From positions 2,999-66,998 of IMG/VR virus record IMGVR_UViG_2684623061_000003: a stretch of DNA of 64,000 nucleotides; one strand, 5' to 3'. Every line of letters begins with the position of its first letter. Position 1 is the first letter of the stretch. The notes under the pieces are model-generated. The model did no database searches, had not been told where the DNA came from, and saw only the letters and a list, made by a program, of their open reading frames with translations. The stretch is from a virus (taxonomy: Duplodnaviria > Caudoviricetes). This document shows positions 27,736 to 37,700 of this stretch, piece after piece. The translations under genes and the position numbers were made by a program.

Positions 27736-28916
27736 CCGGACTGCCACACCTGGCGGCGCGCGTGTTCAACACGCCGTTGCTGATTCAACGCGCCAAACTG
27801 GAAGTCATCCTGGGTGTGCTGGCGCCCAAGTTCGAGCTGCAAACCCTGCCGGCGCCGCAGATGGGGCCGCCGGGTCCGGTGCCCCCGCCCACCCTGCCGA
27901 CACAGAACGGCATCTTCGTCTTGCCGGTCCACGGCACCCTGGTGCAGCGGACGGTCGGGCTCGACGCGCTGTCTGGGTTGACCAGCTACCAGTCGATCGC
28001 TCGCCGGCTGGATGCGGCGTTAGCCGACGAGTCGGTCCACGGCATTGTTCTCGACATCGACAGTCCCGGCGGCGAAGCCGCGGGCGTGTTCGATCTGGCC
28101 GACCAGATCCACGCGGCACGAACCCGCAAGCCGATCTGGGCCGTGGCCAACGACGCCGCCTTCTCGGCCGCCTACGCGATCGCCAGTGCCGCCGACCGCG
28201 TGCTTCTGACGCGTACGGCCGGTGTCGGTTCGATCGGCGTGATCGCCTTGCACGTCGATCAGTCGCAGTCGGATACGAACGCGGGGTTGAAGTTCACACC
28301 CATCCACGCGGGCGCACGCAAGAACGACGGCACCCCGCATGGTCCGCTGACCGATGAGGCCCGCAATTCGATCCAGACCGAGGTCAACCGCCTCCACGAA
28401 CTGTTTGTCCTGACGGTCGCTGACCAGCGCGGGCTGAGCGCCGAGGCCGTGCGCAAGACCGAAGCCGCGCTGTACTTCGGCCAGGACGCTATCAACGTCG
28501 GTCTGGCCGACCGCCTCGGCACGCTCAGCGATGCCGTGCAGCAAATGCACACCGAACTCGACGCCGCCGCGCGTCTGCCCTTCCTGGAGAACCCCACGAT
28601 GTCCACCCCCGACTCGACGGCGCCGGCCGTCGTTGATCTTGACGCTGCGCGCGTGCAAGCCCGCAACGATGCCCTGGCGATTGCCGAGCTGTGCGAGCTG
28701 GCCGGTCAGCCGCAGATGACCGCGACGCTGCTCGCCGAAGGCGTGACCCCGGCCGTCGCCCGACAGCGCTTGCTTGCAGCCAAGGCCGATTCCGCCGAAA
28801 TCACCACCCACCTGTCGCCGACCACGCCGCTCCCGTCGACGGCCATGTCGCTGGACGACAACCCGCTGATTAATGCCGTCAAGGCGCGCGCGGCAGCCGC
28901 GCGTAAGGAGCGCTGA
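27732..28916 (+). CDS. S49 family head maturation protease/scaffold (lambda gpC-like)
   Basis: LDIDSPGGE, AFSAAYAIAS, GVGSIGV. Confidence 0.92.
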   Translation: MTGLPHLAARVFNTPLLIQRAKLEVILGVLAPKFELQTLPAPQMGPPGPVPPPTLPTQNGIFVLPVHGTLVQRTVGLDALSGLTSYQSIARRLDAALADESVHGIVLDIDSPGGEAAGVFDLADQIHAARTRKPIWAVANDAAFSAAYAIASAADRVLLTRTAGVGSIGVIALHVDQSQSDTNAGLKFTPIHAGARKNDGTPHGPLTDEARNSIQTEVNRLHELFVLTVADQRGLSAEAVRKTEAALYFGQDAINVGLADRLGTLSDAVQQMHTELDAAARLPFLENPTMSTPDSTAPAVVDLDAARVQARNDALAIAELCELAGQPQMTATLLAEGVTPAVARQRLLAAKADSAEITTHLSPTTPLPSTAMSLDDNPLINAVKARAAAARKER

Positions 28917-28917
28917 G

Positions 28918-29310
28918 ATGCGACTGACCACTTACCCGCCGGTCCACGAGGGTCAGAACTTAGGTGATCTGCTCAAGTTCGAGGCCGACAACCTCTATTC
29001 GCGTGACCAAGTCACCGTCGCCGCCGATCAGGTGCTCAAGCTCGGTCACGTCGTCGGTCGCCTGACTGCGACAGGCGAGATTGCCGCGCTCGATCCGCTG
29101 GCCACCGATGGCCGAGAGGTCGCTATCGGTGTCGCGATCATGCCGATCACGACCACGACCGACCCGAGTCCGGACGGTTTGATCGTCGCCCGGCACGCAA
29201 CAGTCGCCGACCATGCTCTGGTCTGGCCGATCCGAGCCACCCCTGAACAACGCGCCGCCGCCGTTGTGCAACTGCACGGCATCGGCGTCCTCGTGCGCCG
29301 CGGAGTCTGA
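28918..29310 (+). CDS. Head decoration protein
   Basis: Position between protease and capsid; YSRD.VTV, LG.VVG. Confidence 0.85.
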   Translation: MRLTTYPPVHEGQNLGDLLKFEADNLYSRDQVTVAADQVLKLGHVVGRLTATGEIAALDPLATDGREVAIGVAIMPITTTTDPSPDGLIVARHATVADHALVWPIRATPEQRAAAVVQLHGIGVLVRRGV

Positions 29311-29313
29311 TCC

Positions 29314-30321
29314 ATGTCCATGAACAACCCGTTTCACAACCCGGCGTTCTCGATGAGCGCGCTGACCACCGCGATCAACATCCTCCCGAACCAGTACGGC
29401 CGCCTGGACGAACTGAATCTCTTTCCGGTCAAGCCGGTGCGCACGCGGCAAGTCACAGTCGAGGAGCGCAATGGCGTGCTGTCGCTGCTGCCCACACAGC
29501 CGGTCGGCTCGCCGGGTACGGTTGGCAAGCGCGGTAAGCGCGCCCTTCGCGCGTTCAGCGTTCCGCATATTCCACATGACGATGTGGTGCTGCCCGAAGA
29601 GGTCATCGGTGTCCGCGCCTTTGGCTCAGAGGACGAACTGCAGACGATCGCGGGAGTCATGGCCGACCATCTTCAGACCATGCGCAACAAGCACTCGATC
29701 ACGCTGGAGCATCTGCGAATGGGCGCGCTCAAGGGCGTGATTCTTGACGCCGATGGTAGCGAGCTCGCGAATCTGTTTGACGCCTTCGACATCACGCCTA
29801 AGACGTTTGACTTCCAGTTGGGCAAGCCCGAGACCGATGTTAAGAAGAAGTGTCTCGATCTCAAGCGTTATATGAGCAAAGTATTACTCGGCGAGCGTAT
29901 GACAGGTATCCACGTCATGGTGTCTTCGGAGTTCTTTGACGCCTTCACGGGCCACGCAGCCGTCAAGGACGCTTATCGCTTGTGGCAGGACAGTCTCATC
30001 CTTCGTGAGGACATGCGATCGGATTTCCGCTTCGCCGGCATCCGTTTCGAGGAGTACACCGGCGAGGCTAGTAACGCCGATGGAACGACTCGTCGATTCA
30101 TCGAAGAGGGCGAGGCGCATGCTTTTCCGCTCGGCACCCTGGATACGTTCGCGACCTATGTAGCGCCGGCCGACTTCAACGAGAGCGTCAACACGCTGGG
30201 TCAGCTGCTTTACAGCAAGCAGGCGCCGCGCAAGTTCGACCGCGGCACAGATCTGCACACCCAGTCCAATCCGCTGCCGATGTGCCATCGCCCGGCGCTG
30301 CTGCCCAAGCTGAAAGCATGA
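29314..30321 (+). CDS. Major capsid protein (lambda gpE-like)
   Basis: LTTAINILPN, PHIPHDD, ITLEHLRMGALKG, HTQSNPLP.CHRP. Confidence 0.93.
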   Translation: MSMNNPFHNPAFSMSALTTAINILPNQYGRLDELNLFPVKPVRTRQVTVEERNGVLSLLPTQPVGSPGTVGKRGKRALRAFSVPHIPHDDVVLPEEVIGVRAFGSEDELQTIAGVMADHLQTMRNKHSITLEHLRMGALKGVILDADGSELANLFDAFDITPKTFDFQLGKPETDVKKKCLDLKRYMSKVLLGERMTGIHVMVSSEFFDAFTGHAAVKDAYRLWQDSLILREDMRSDFRFAGIRFEEYTGEASNADGTTRRFIEEGEAHAFPLGTLDTFATYVAPADFNESVNTLGQLLYSKQAPRKFDRGTDLHTQSNPLPMCHRPALLPKLKA

Positions 30322-30611
30322 CGTCAACGTTCGAGGCGATGGACGATGTACTCTTTGAATCGCTCGGCGTCGTCGCGCGGATTGAACGCGACGGCGGTCA
30401 CACGGTGAGATCGCACATTGTGGTGCGTGACGGCGTCGAGCGTCTGGGCGAGTTCCAGCAGATCGTCGGGCGGGCCCGGCATGTTGTGGTGCGCAATCGC
30501 GAGTGGCTGTTCCGGCGCGGCGATGAGATCACCTTCGACGGCCGGACTCAGGCCGTTGAGGTGGTCGTTCGGGACGATGGCCTGATCAACGAGGCCATTT
30601 TGCATGGCTAG
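30318..30611 (+). CDS. Head-tail joining protein (gpFII-like)
   Basis: Position, size and ATGA coupling to capsid gene. Confidence 0.6.
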   Translation: MTSTFEAMDDVLFESLGVVARIERDGGHTVRSHIVVRDGVERLGEFQQIVGRARHVVVRNREWLFRRGDEITFDGRTQAVEVVVRDDGLINEAILHG

Positions 30612-31032
30612 CCCCGCGCCGAGTTGGGCCTTGTTGCAGCGGATCGCCGAGCGTCTGACCAATATCCGGATCGACAGCGGATATCGAACCGAGGTGGGCA
30701 CGGCCGTCGCATTAGAGCCGGCCCAGCATCCCGACGACGACGCGACCGGGCTGACGCTGACCGCATTGGGCATTCAGCGCGACGCGAACAAGCCCCATGG
30801 GCGGCATCGCGTCCTGCAAGCCTTGGCCGAAGCGACGGTTCCTGCCTCCTTGGCCGACGCCCACGCGCGATCGCAAGCGATCGCGGCCGACATCGAGGAC
30901 GCGCTCAATGACTGGATTCCACTGCCGCAGGCTTTGCCGGTCCAGGTCGAGGACATCGTGTTCTTGGACCGACCGGAAGGATTGCCGGTGGTGGCGGTCC
31001 AGGTCGCCCTGACGATCCGCTATCGCCGCTGA
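30604..31032 (+). CDS. Putative tail completion/terminator protein
   Basis: IAERL..I....GYRTEVG N-terminus; position. Confidence 0.6.
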   Translation: MASPAPSWALLQRIAERLTNIRIDSGYRTEVGTAVALEPAQHPDDDATGLTLTALGIQRDANKPHGRHRVLQALAEATVPASLADAHARSQAIAADIEDALNDWIPLPQALPVQVEDIVFLDRPEGLPVVAVQVALTIRYRR

Positions 31033-31574
31033 TGGACATATTCATCGACGCCAACGCCGTGCTGGACACGGCAAAACGCGTGAGCGAGATCCCGGCGAAG
31101 ATCGCCCTCAGCCAGCGGCGCGCTTTAGGCACCTTGCGTCGTCGCTGGCCGGTCATCGCCCGCCGCGACATCCAAACCGAGTACGCCCTGTCGGCCCAGC
31201 GCATCCGGGCCGGCATCAGCGTGCGGACCACGCGCGAGGGCGTCGAGTTGATCGGCGTCGCGCGCGGCGTCGGTCTGATGAACTTCAGCGCCCGCAGAGT
31301 CACCGAGGGCCTGACCTACAGCGCCCGGCGGGGAACGCGTGGTCTTCGCCGCAGCGGCTTCAAGACCCGATACCGCGGTACGCCCATCGCCTACGAGCGC
31401 ACCCCGATCTCTGGCGACAAGCGTGTTCCGCGCACCCCGATCCGGCGCCTGTACGGGCCCTCGCTCGCGCAGATGTTACGCAAGGGCGATCGCCCCGAGC
31501 GCATGGGCCAGGCCGGCCTGGACGTGATCACCGCCGAGATCGATCGGCTGCTGCTGCGCTCGCTGCGCCGCTGA
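31032..31574 (+). CDS. Minor tail protein (gpZ-like)
   Basis: Basic protein with R.PIRRLYGPSLAQM. Confidence 0.65.
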   Translation: MDIFIDANAVLDTAKRVSEIPAKIALSQRRALGTLRRRWPVIARRDIQTEYALSAQRIRAGISVRTTREGVELIGVARGVGLMNFSARRVTEGLTYSARRGTRGLRRSGFKTRYRGTPIAYERTPISGDKRVPRTPIRRLYGPSLAQMLRKGDRPERMGQAGLDVITAEIDRLLLRSLRR

Positions 31575-31608
31575 TTCCCACACCTCATTTATAGGAGCAA
31601 CGCGACCG

Positions 31609-32367
31609 ATGGCCGCGCCTGATCTGTTTTCGTTTCAGGGCAAGGTCTACCTTGCCCAACGCCAACCCAACGGCCGGCCCGGCCCGCTGCGATGGGTCGG
31701 CAACGCCCCCCAGCTGCAGTTGCAACTGGAGGTGCAGAACTCGGACAAGACCGAGTCGTTCAGCGGCAATCGTCTGCTGTACGGCCGCCTGGTCCAGAGC
31801 AAGACCGCCAACGTCAATCTGACCCTGGACGAGGCGACCCCGGAGAATCTGGCCGAGGGCCTGTACTCGGTGCCGGCGACCTTGCCGGCGGGCGCCGTCA
31901 GCAACGAACTGTTGCCGCCGGGCCTGACGGCGGGCGACGTGGTCGCGCTCGACCGCGGTTGGGTCAGCGACCTGGCCTTGACCGACAGCGCTACGCCGCC
32001 GGCCCCGGTGCCGGCCGCGAACTGGTGGACCGAGTCGCCTTCGGCCGGCCTGGTCGGCCTTCGCAAGGTCGACGGACTGACCCAGCCGTTCAAGGCCACC
32101 TACAAGCACGGCGAGACCGTGAACATCGCCTTGTTCACCACCCCGCCGCCGGAGCGGATGTTGTTCCTGGATGGCATCAACACGGTCGACGGCCGCCGCG
32201 CCAAGGTGACGCTGTACCGCGTGGCCTTTAACCCCATTGAGCAACTCGACCTGATCTCCGAGGAATGGGGCAGCCTGCAACTGGCCGGTGCCGCCCTGTT
32301 CGATGAGACCCGCGCGCTAGACCCGAACCTGGGCGGCTTTGGCCGCATTGAAATGGTACGGGTGTAA
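31609..32367 (+). CDS. Major tail tube protein
   Basis: FSFQGKVYL...RWVGNAP, ESFSGNR, FLDGINT, L.G.AL.D. Confidence 0.8.
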   Translation: MAAPDLFSFQGKVYLAQRQPNGRPGPLRWVGNAPQLQLQLEVQNSDKTESFSGNRLLYGRLVQSKTANVNLTLDEATPENLAEGLYSVPATLPAGAVSNELLPPGLTAGDVVALDRGWVSDLALTDSATPPAPVPAANWWTESPSAGLVGLRKVDGLTQPFKATYKHGETVNIALFTTPPPERMLFLDGINTVDGRRAKVTLYRVAFNPIEQLDLISEEWGSLQLAGAALFDETRALDPNLGGFGRIEMVRV

Positions 32368-32798
32368 TGGCGCGCAAGGTCAAACGCCCCGAACCGAGCA
32401 CCGACGATCTGGTCGTGCTTCAACCCAACCGAACGCTGCCGATCGGCGGGTGCGAGGTCACGGTCCGCGAGATCGGCTTTTTCGAGAGCCTGCGCCTGCA
32501 CGCCGAGATCGCCGCGCTGGTGTCGGACCTGGTCGAGCAGACCGACGACGGCAACGTCGATCTGGCGCGGTTGCACCGCGTGTGCGCGGAGCACCCCGAT
32601 GCCACGGTCGCGCTGTTGGCGCAGGCCAGCGACCAGCCGCCCGAGTGGGTCGGCACGCTCAGCGCCGGCCACGGCGATTTGCTGCTGCTGACCTTTTGGG
32701 CGGTCAACGCCGATTTTTTTCTGCAGCGCGTGATCGCGGCGCTGGAGCTGCGTCGCGCGGCCCTGGCAACGACTGGCCCAGCGTCCTCGCCACCCTGA
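32367..32798 (+). CDS. Tail assembly chaperone (gpG-like)
   Basis: Follows tail tube; ends WAVNADFF over a T7 run. Confidence 0.75.
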   Translation: MARKVKRPEPSTDDLVVLQPNRTLPIGGCEVTVREIGFFESLRLHAEIAALVSDLVEQTDDGNVDLARLHRVCAEHPDATVALLAQASDQPPEWVGTLSAGHGDLLLLTFWAVNADFFLQRVIAALELRRAALATTGPASSPP

Positions 32799-32983
32799 TC
32801 GATCACGGCCACGACTGGCCGTGGATCGAGCGCGCCACCGCGCGTCAGCTCGCCTTGTTCTACCGCGCCGCCGTACAGCGAGAGCGCGCGCTGCGCGCCG
32901 AGCGCATCGAAGACGTCAACGCCGGCTTCGCTGGCGGGCGCGACGTCACCGCCTTTATCCAATCCCTTCGGAACACAAAATGA
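32714..32983 (+). CDS. gpT-like extension reached by -1 frameshift at T-TTT-TTT (32714-32720)
   Basis: The -1 frame stays open to 32983 (...LIDHGHDWPWIERATARQLALFYRAA...) and its stop overlaps the holin ATG. Confidence 0.75.
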   Translation, partial: FFSAARDRGAGAASRGPGNDWPSVLATLIDHGHDWPWIERATARQLALFYRAAVQRERALRAERIEDVNAGFAGGRDVTAFIQSLRNTK

Positions 32984-33201
32984 AGCTTATCGAGAATTGG
33001 CGCCAAGCTTGGCGCTTCGTGAGCGTGCAAGCCATGACGCTCGCCATCGCCCTGCAGGGTGTATGGCTGAACCTGCCCGACGACCTGCGCGTGCATGTGC
33101 CCGATCGCATCGCCGCCAGCGTGACGGCCGGTTTGCTGATCCTGGGCCTGATCGGCCGCCTCTTCCAACAGCGAGGCGCCGATGGCACGACTTACCGTTG
33201 A
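32980..33201 (+). CDS. Putative holin
   Basis: MKLIENWRQAWRFVSVQ plus two hydrophobic segments; upstream of endolysin. Confidence 0.75.
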   Translation: MKLIENWRQAWRFVSVQAMTLAIALQGVWLNLPDDLRVHVPDRIAASVTAGLLILGLIGRLFQQRGADGTTYR

Positions 33202-33658
33202 GCAAGCGGGCGGCCAGAACGTTGTTGCTTTCCTGGACATGCTCGCGCACGCCGAAGGCGTGGAGCGTTTCAGCACGCTCGGCGGCTACGACGTCCTGGT
33301 AGGCGGCAACACGTTCACCAGTTACAACGAGCACCCGCGCAAGCTGGTCTGGCTGCCGAAATACCGCATCAATTCCACCGCCGCAGGCCGCTACCAGTTC
33401 CTGTGGAAGACCTGGAACAGCTTGCGCAACCGGCTGCGGCTGCCCGACTTTGGCCCGGCCTCGCAGGATCGCGCCGCGATCGAGCTGCTGCGCGAGACTG
33501 GCGCGCTGGCTGACATCAAGCAGGGCTGGATCAGCAGCGCTGTGCGCAAGTCGCGCAAGACCTGGGCCTCGTTGCCCGAGGCCGGTTACGGCCAGCGTGA
33601 GGTCCCGCTGGAGGTCCTCCTGGCGGTCTATGAAAAAGCCGGAGGCCAGATCGCATGA
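33182..33658 (+). CDS. Endolysin, lambda R-like lytic transglycosylase
   Basis: AFLDMLAHAEG, GYDVLVGG, STAAGRYQFL..TW, DF.PASQD, WASLP.AGYGQ. Confidence 0.93.
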   Translation: MARLTVEQAGGQNVVAFLDMLAHAEGVERFSTLGGYDVLVGGNTFTSYNEHPRKLVWLPKYRINSTAAGRYQFLWKTWNSLRNRLRLPDFGPASQDRAAIELLRETGALADIKQGWISSAVRKSRKTWASLPEAGYGQREVPLEVLLAVYEKAGGQIA

Positions 33659-34044
33659 TCGCTCTGAAAGTCTGGGCCACGACACTACTGGCCGCACTTG
33701 CCGCCGTGTTGGCTGCCTTCGGCTGGGGACGTTGGAAAGGCGCGCAGCGTGCGCACGCTGACGCCCGTGAACGCATCGCCGAGAGCGAGCGACAGGTTCG
33801 TATCGCCGTGCGCGAGCGCGCCGATTCCGAAACCCGCACCGAGGTAGACACCGATGTCCTGCATCTTCCGACCGGCGTCTTGGCGCCGGTGGCGAGCGCT
33901 GTACCTAATTCCGCTGCTGAGCGCTTGTACGACGAATGGTCCCGTGACGGAGGCGACGACGGGTTGCGCCTGGACGCGCCCGATTCTGGTGTCCCGGCAG
34001 GATCAACTGACGGATCTGACCGCGCGCCAGATCCTGGCGCATAA
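33655..34044 (+). CDS. i-spanin (Rz-like)
   Basis: N-terminal TM helix plus coiled coil, after endolysin. Confidence 0.7.
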   Translation: MIALKVWATTLLAALAAVLAAFGWGRWKGAQRAHADARERIAESERQVRIAVRERADSETRTEVDTDVLHLPTGVLAPVASAVPNSAAERLYDEWSRDGGDDGLRLDAPDSGVPAGSTDGSDRAPDPGA

Positions 34045-34096
34045 CGAAACCGGCCGGCGCTTGTGTGGCTGGTCTCCGACCAAGTTATCGCGCTGA
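33854..34096 (+). CDS. o-spanin lipoprotein (Rz1-like), overlapping frame
   Basis: Lipobox LLSAC; C.W..PI...D.LT..TA.QILAHN. Confidence 0.75.
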   Translation: MSCIFRPASWRRWRALYLIPLLSACTTNGPVTEATTGCAWTRPILVSRQDQLTDLTARQILAHNETGRRLCGWSPTKLSR

Positions 34097-34119
34097 GGTG
34101 GTAGCGGCTTCGCTCGGTG

Positions 34120-34650
34120 CTACGGGCCGTTGGACAGGTTGAGAGAGGCTCTTATAGCCGACGGACTATCCGTGAACAGATTCGGTCGACCGTATATCTT
34201 TCCGAATCTACGGCGGACGGCATCAGGAAACTGTTCTTCTGCCTCCATCCAAGCAGAATTCGGCAACACCACGAATGCCAGCGTGTCGGACCCATCGGAA
34301 TCGACACACCAGCGAATCTCATGCTCGGGATGCAGAATCCTGTTGAGTGTGACCAGCGCATGATGGCGATCGGCTACGTCGCCAACTAAGGGTACCTGTT
34401 CGCGGCGATCAAACAACGAAATATACATTTCGTAGCCGAGTTCACTTCCGCACTCGACCACTTCGCTGTGTAGCGATCCCGTCCGAAGGATGCTCTCTAC
34501 GTACAGGACGATGTCCTGCTCGTCTTCCCTCCAGTCCACCCAGAACACACACGGCTGACCCTCATCGACGAACTCGTCGTCCACGATGGCCTGATAAGCA
34601 TCTTCGGCGTCGGTGACCTGCAGCAGCGTCAGTACGGTCGCAGGCAGCAT
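34120..34650 (-). CDS. Acidic hypothetical protein, possible orphan immunity protein
   Basis: FWVDWREDEQDIV, DS.GSDTLAF; antisense to phage late genes; GGAG RBS. Confidence 0.6.
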   Translation of the reverse strand: MLPATVLTLLQVTDAEDAYQAIVDDEFVDEGQPCVFWVDWREDEQDIVLYVESILRTGSLHSEVVECGSELGYEMYISLFDRREQVPLVGDVADRHHALVTLNRILHPEHEIRWCVDSDGSDTLAFVVLPNSAWMEAEEQFPDAVRRRFGKIYGRPNLFTDSPSAIRASLNLSNGP

Positions 34651-34772
34651 CAGCACGCTCCATAGCGGGGTTCGTTCCCATCTTAGCGCGATGCGGCGTG
34701 GCTGGCGTCGCCCCTTTTTTTCTTACTGCCCGCCACGGCCTATTCACGGTCGGGGCCCATTTTGCGTGCGCT

Positions 34773-37700
34773 ATGCCCACCACCCGCGACACCACGATCA
34801 CGCTGCTGATCAAGGCCAACGCTGCACAACTCAATCAGGCGCTGGACCAAGCGGGGGTGCGTGCCCGCTTGTTCGGGAATGAAGCGCAAAGCGCGGGCCG
34901 GCGGGCTGAGCGGGGCTTTGACCAAACCCGCAGCAGCGTTGAGGCGATCGGTCATCAGCTCTCGCAGGCTAAGGCGCAGTTGTTGGCGTTCGTCGGGCTG
35001 CAAAGCGTCGGAACCGCCGTAGGCGGTTTGGTGCGCGCGGCCGATGGCTACGCCAACCTGTCGGCGAAGATCAAGCTCGCGACGACCTCGCAGGCAGCGT
35101 TCAATCTGGCCGAGGAGGCGGTGTTCGCGATCTCGCAGCGCACCTCGACCGCGTTGGATTCGACCGCCACGCTGTTCGGGCGCCTGACCAGCGCGCTCAA
35201 GGATCAAGGCGGGTCGCAGCGCGAAGTGCTGGGCCTGACCGAGACGATCAACAAGGCGCTGGCCGTGTCCGGCGCCACGGCGGCCGAGACTTCGTCGGTC
35301 ATCGTCCAGTTGAGCCAGGCTTTCGCGGCCGGCCGGCTCAGCGGTGACGAGTTCAACTCGATCAACGACGCCGGGCCGCGCCTGATGCAGGCGCTCGCGA
35401 AGAGCATGGGCGTCACCGTCGGTGAACTCAAAGCCCTGGCGGAGGCCGGCAAGCTGACCAGCGAGCAGTTGCGCGTCGCGTTCTCCGGCGAGCAGGCTTC
35501 GAGGATCGCGGCGGAATTCTCGCAGCTGCCGCTCACCATCGAGCGCAGCCTGGTCCAGCTCGACAACGCGTTTACGCGCTTCGTCGGGCAACAGGACCGG
35601 ACGATGGGCGTATCCACTGCCGTCGCTGGGGCGATCCAAGGGCTGTCGCAAAACTTCGACGGACTGGCGAACGTGGTGGGCGTCATCGCCATTGCCGCGC
35701 TGGGCCGGTTGATCGCCATGCTGACCACGGCCGGCGCGGCGAAGGTCGTCAATCTGCGGCAGACGCGGCAGTTGACGCAGGAGGAATTGGCGCAGGCACG
35801 CGCGGCCGAAGGGGCGGCGCAGGCGGAACTCGCGCGAGCGCGAGCGCTGGCCACTGCGGGCCTCGGCGCAGGGCGTGTCGTCGCGGCCGAGGCGGAGTTG
35901 GCAGCCGCGCAGGCCCGGACCACCGCCGCGACGCAGGCGGCTACGGCCGCTGCCGGCGCGAAGGCAGTCGCGATCCGTGGGCTGTCCTCGGTGCTGACCC
36001 TTATGGGCGGGCCGCTCGGCCTTGCGATCACGGGTGTCACGTTGTTGGCCGGCGCCTTTGCCAGCGCCAGCGCCAACGCCGCGGCAGCGAAGGTCGAGTT
36101 CGAATCCACAATCAAGGCGGCCCAGCGCTTTCGTGAACAGCAAGACCTGGACATCGGCGTCGATCTGGGCAAGCGGCTGATCGATCAGCGCCAGCAACTG
36201 CAGAAGGAACTCAGCAACCTCCAAGCGATTAGACAGCCTTTGGGTCCGTTCTACGGCGGCATCCACGACAGTCCGGGCCAAAGCGGCATGCGGTGGCTGT
36301 GGGGCGGCGACGTGGATGCCGAGATCAAGCGTGTTCAAGCTCATCTGGCCACGACCAAACAAGCGCTCGGTCAAGTCCAGGGCTCGGTCGCCGATTTGCG
36401 CCAAGCGCAGGCGACCGGCGGGCGAACCCGCGTCCAGGTGACTAAGGACGCGACCGAGTTCACCAAGGCGCTCAACACCCAAAACGAATCGCTCAAGGTC
36501 GAGCGTATCGAGCGCGAGAAGGGCTTGCGCGCCGCGCTGGAGTACCAAGCGGTCAAAGCTGCGGGCGTCAAGGATACGGCGCAGTTGACGGCAGCGATGC
36601 GTCAGGCCATCGATGTGCAGGTCCGCGAACGCGAGGCTGCGAAGGCGATGATGGACGCAGGGCGGGCGCAGACCAAAGCCATCCGCGACGCCGAGCGCCA
36701 GCGCAAGGCCGACGAACGAAAGCTGGAAGCCGACAGGAAGGCGCAAGAGGCGGCTGCGGCGAAGGCAGCTAGGGACGATGGGGCTCTGGACCGCGTCGTC
36801 CAGGAGGCGGACGTCGCGCTGATGCGTAACCGCGGCGAAGGCGCGGCGGCTCGCCGAAGGGAGCTGGATCTTGAGTTCAAGCAGGCGCTGGCCGATCTAC
36901 AGACCAAGGGCAATACCGCCGATGCGCTGAAGATACGCCTGCGGATCGATACCGAGGTCGCGAAGGTCGAACTGGATGATCTGCAGGCGCAGGTCGAACG
37001 CGTATTTGGCGAGCAGTCCCGTCAGGAACAATCGATCCAGGCGCGACAGCAGGCCAGCTTGCTGACCGAAGTCGGCGCGCGCCGGGAACTGATGGACCTG
37101 CATGCCCGCACCGCGGCCGAAGTTGGCCAGTTGCTTCCGACGCTGGAGGCGGTTGCGGCCAAGACCGGCGCGCCCGAGTCGATCGAGCGCGTCAAAGACC
37201 TGACCGCGCAGGTTGCCGCGCTCAAAGTGCAGTCCAACGAGCTTGTGGTTACGCTGACCAACGGCTTCGAGAGCGGCCTGAGCAATGCATTGGAAGGATT
37301 GGCCACGGGAACGCTGACCTTGCGCCAGGCATTGACCGGCCTGGTGCAGGACATGGCGCGTTCGATGGCGCAGTTGGCGTCGCAGCAGCTGGCTGCCTTC
37401 GCGACAGCGAAGTTGGTGTCGATGCTCAGCAAGGCGGCCGGCGGCAAAGGCGCTCCGGACCTGGCGCAGCCCGACCCGGTGCAAGCCGGACAGGCAGGTG
37501 CGGCTTACGCGCTGCCGATCACGGGTGCATCGGTCGCTCTGGGAGTGGCGGGCAAGGTGGTGAAGGATGCGGCGGTCGCGATGCAGACCGCTGCCGCAAC
37601 CTTGCTGGTTGCCAATGCAACAAAGTCAGCGACTGGATTCGCTGGAGGTGGCTTTACCGGCATCGGCCCGAAGTACGCCCCCGCCGGTGTGGTACACCGC

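Noticed and set aside
34050-34720. Possible duplicated spanin 3-prime end around the acidic cargo gene
   Set aside because: Only an 8-nt match (gtggctgg); too short to separate from chance
34740-36746. 668-aa minus-strand ORF
   Set aside because: Antisense shadow of the GC-rich tape measure gene with no motifs; the same applies to long ORFs opposite terL, portal and primase
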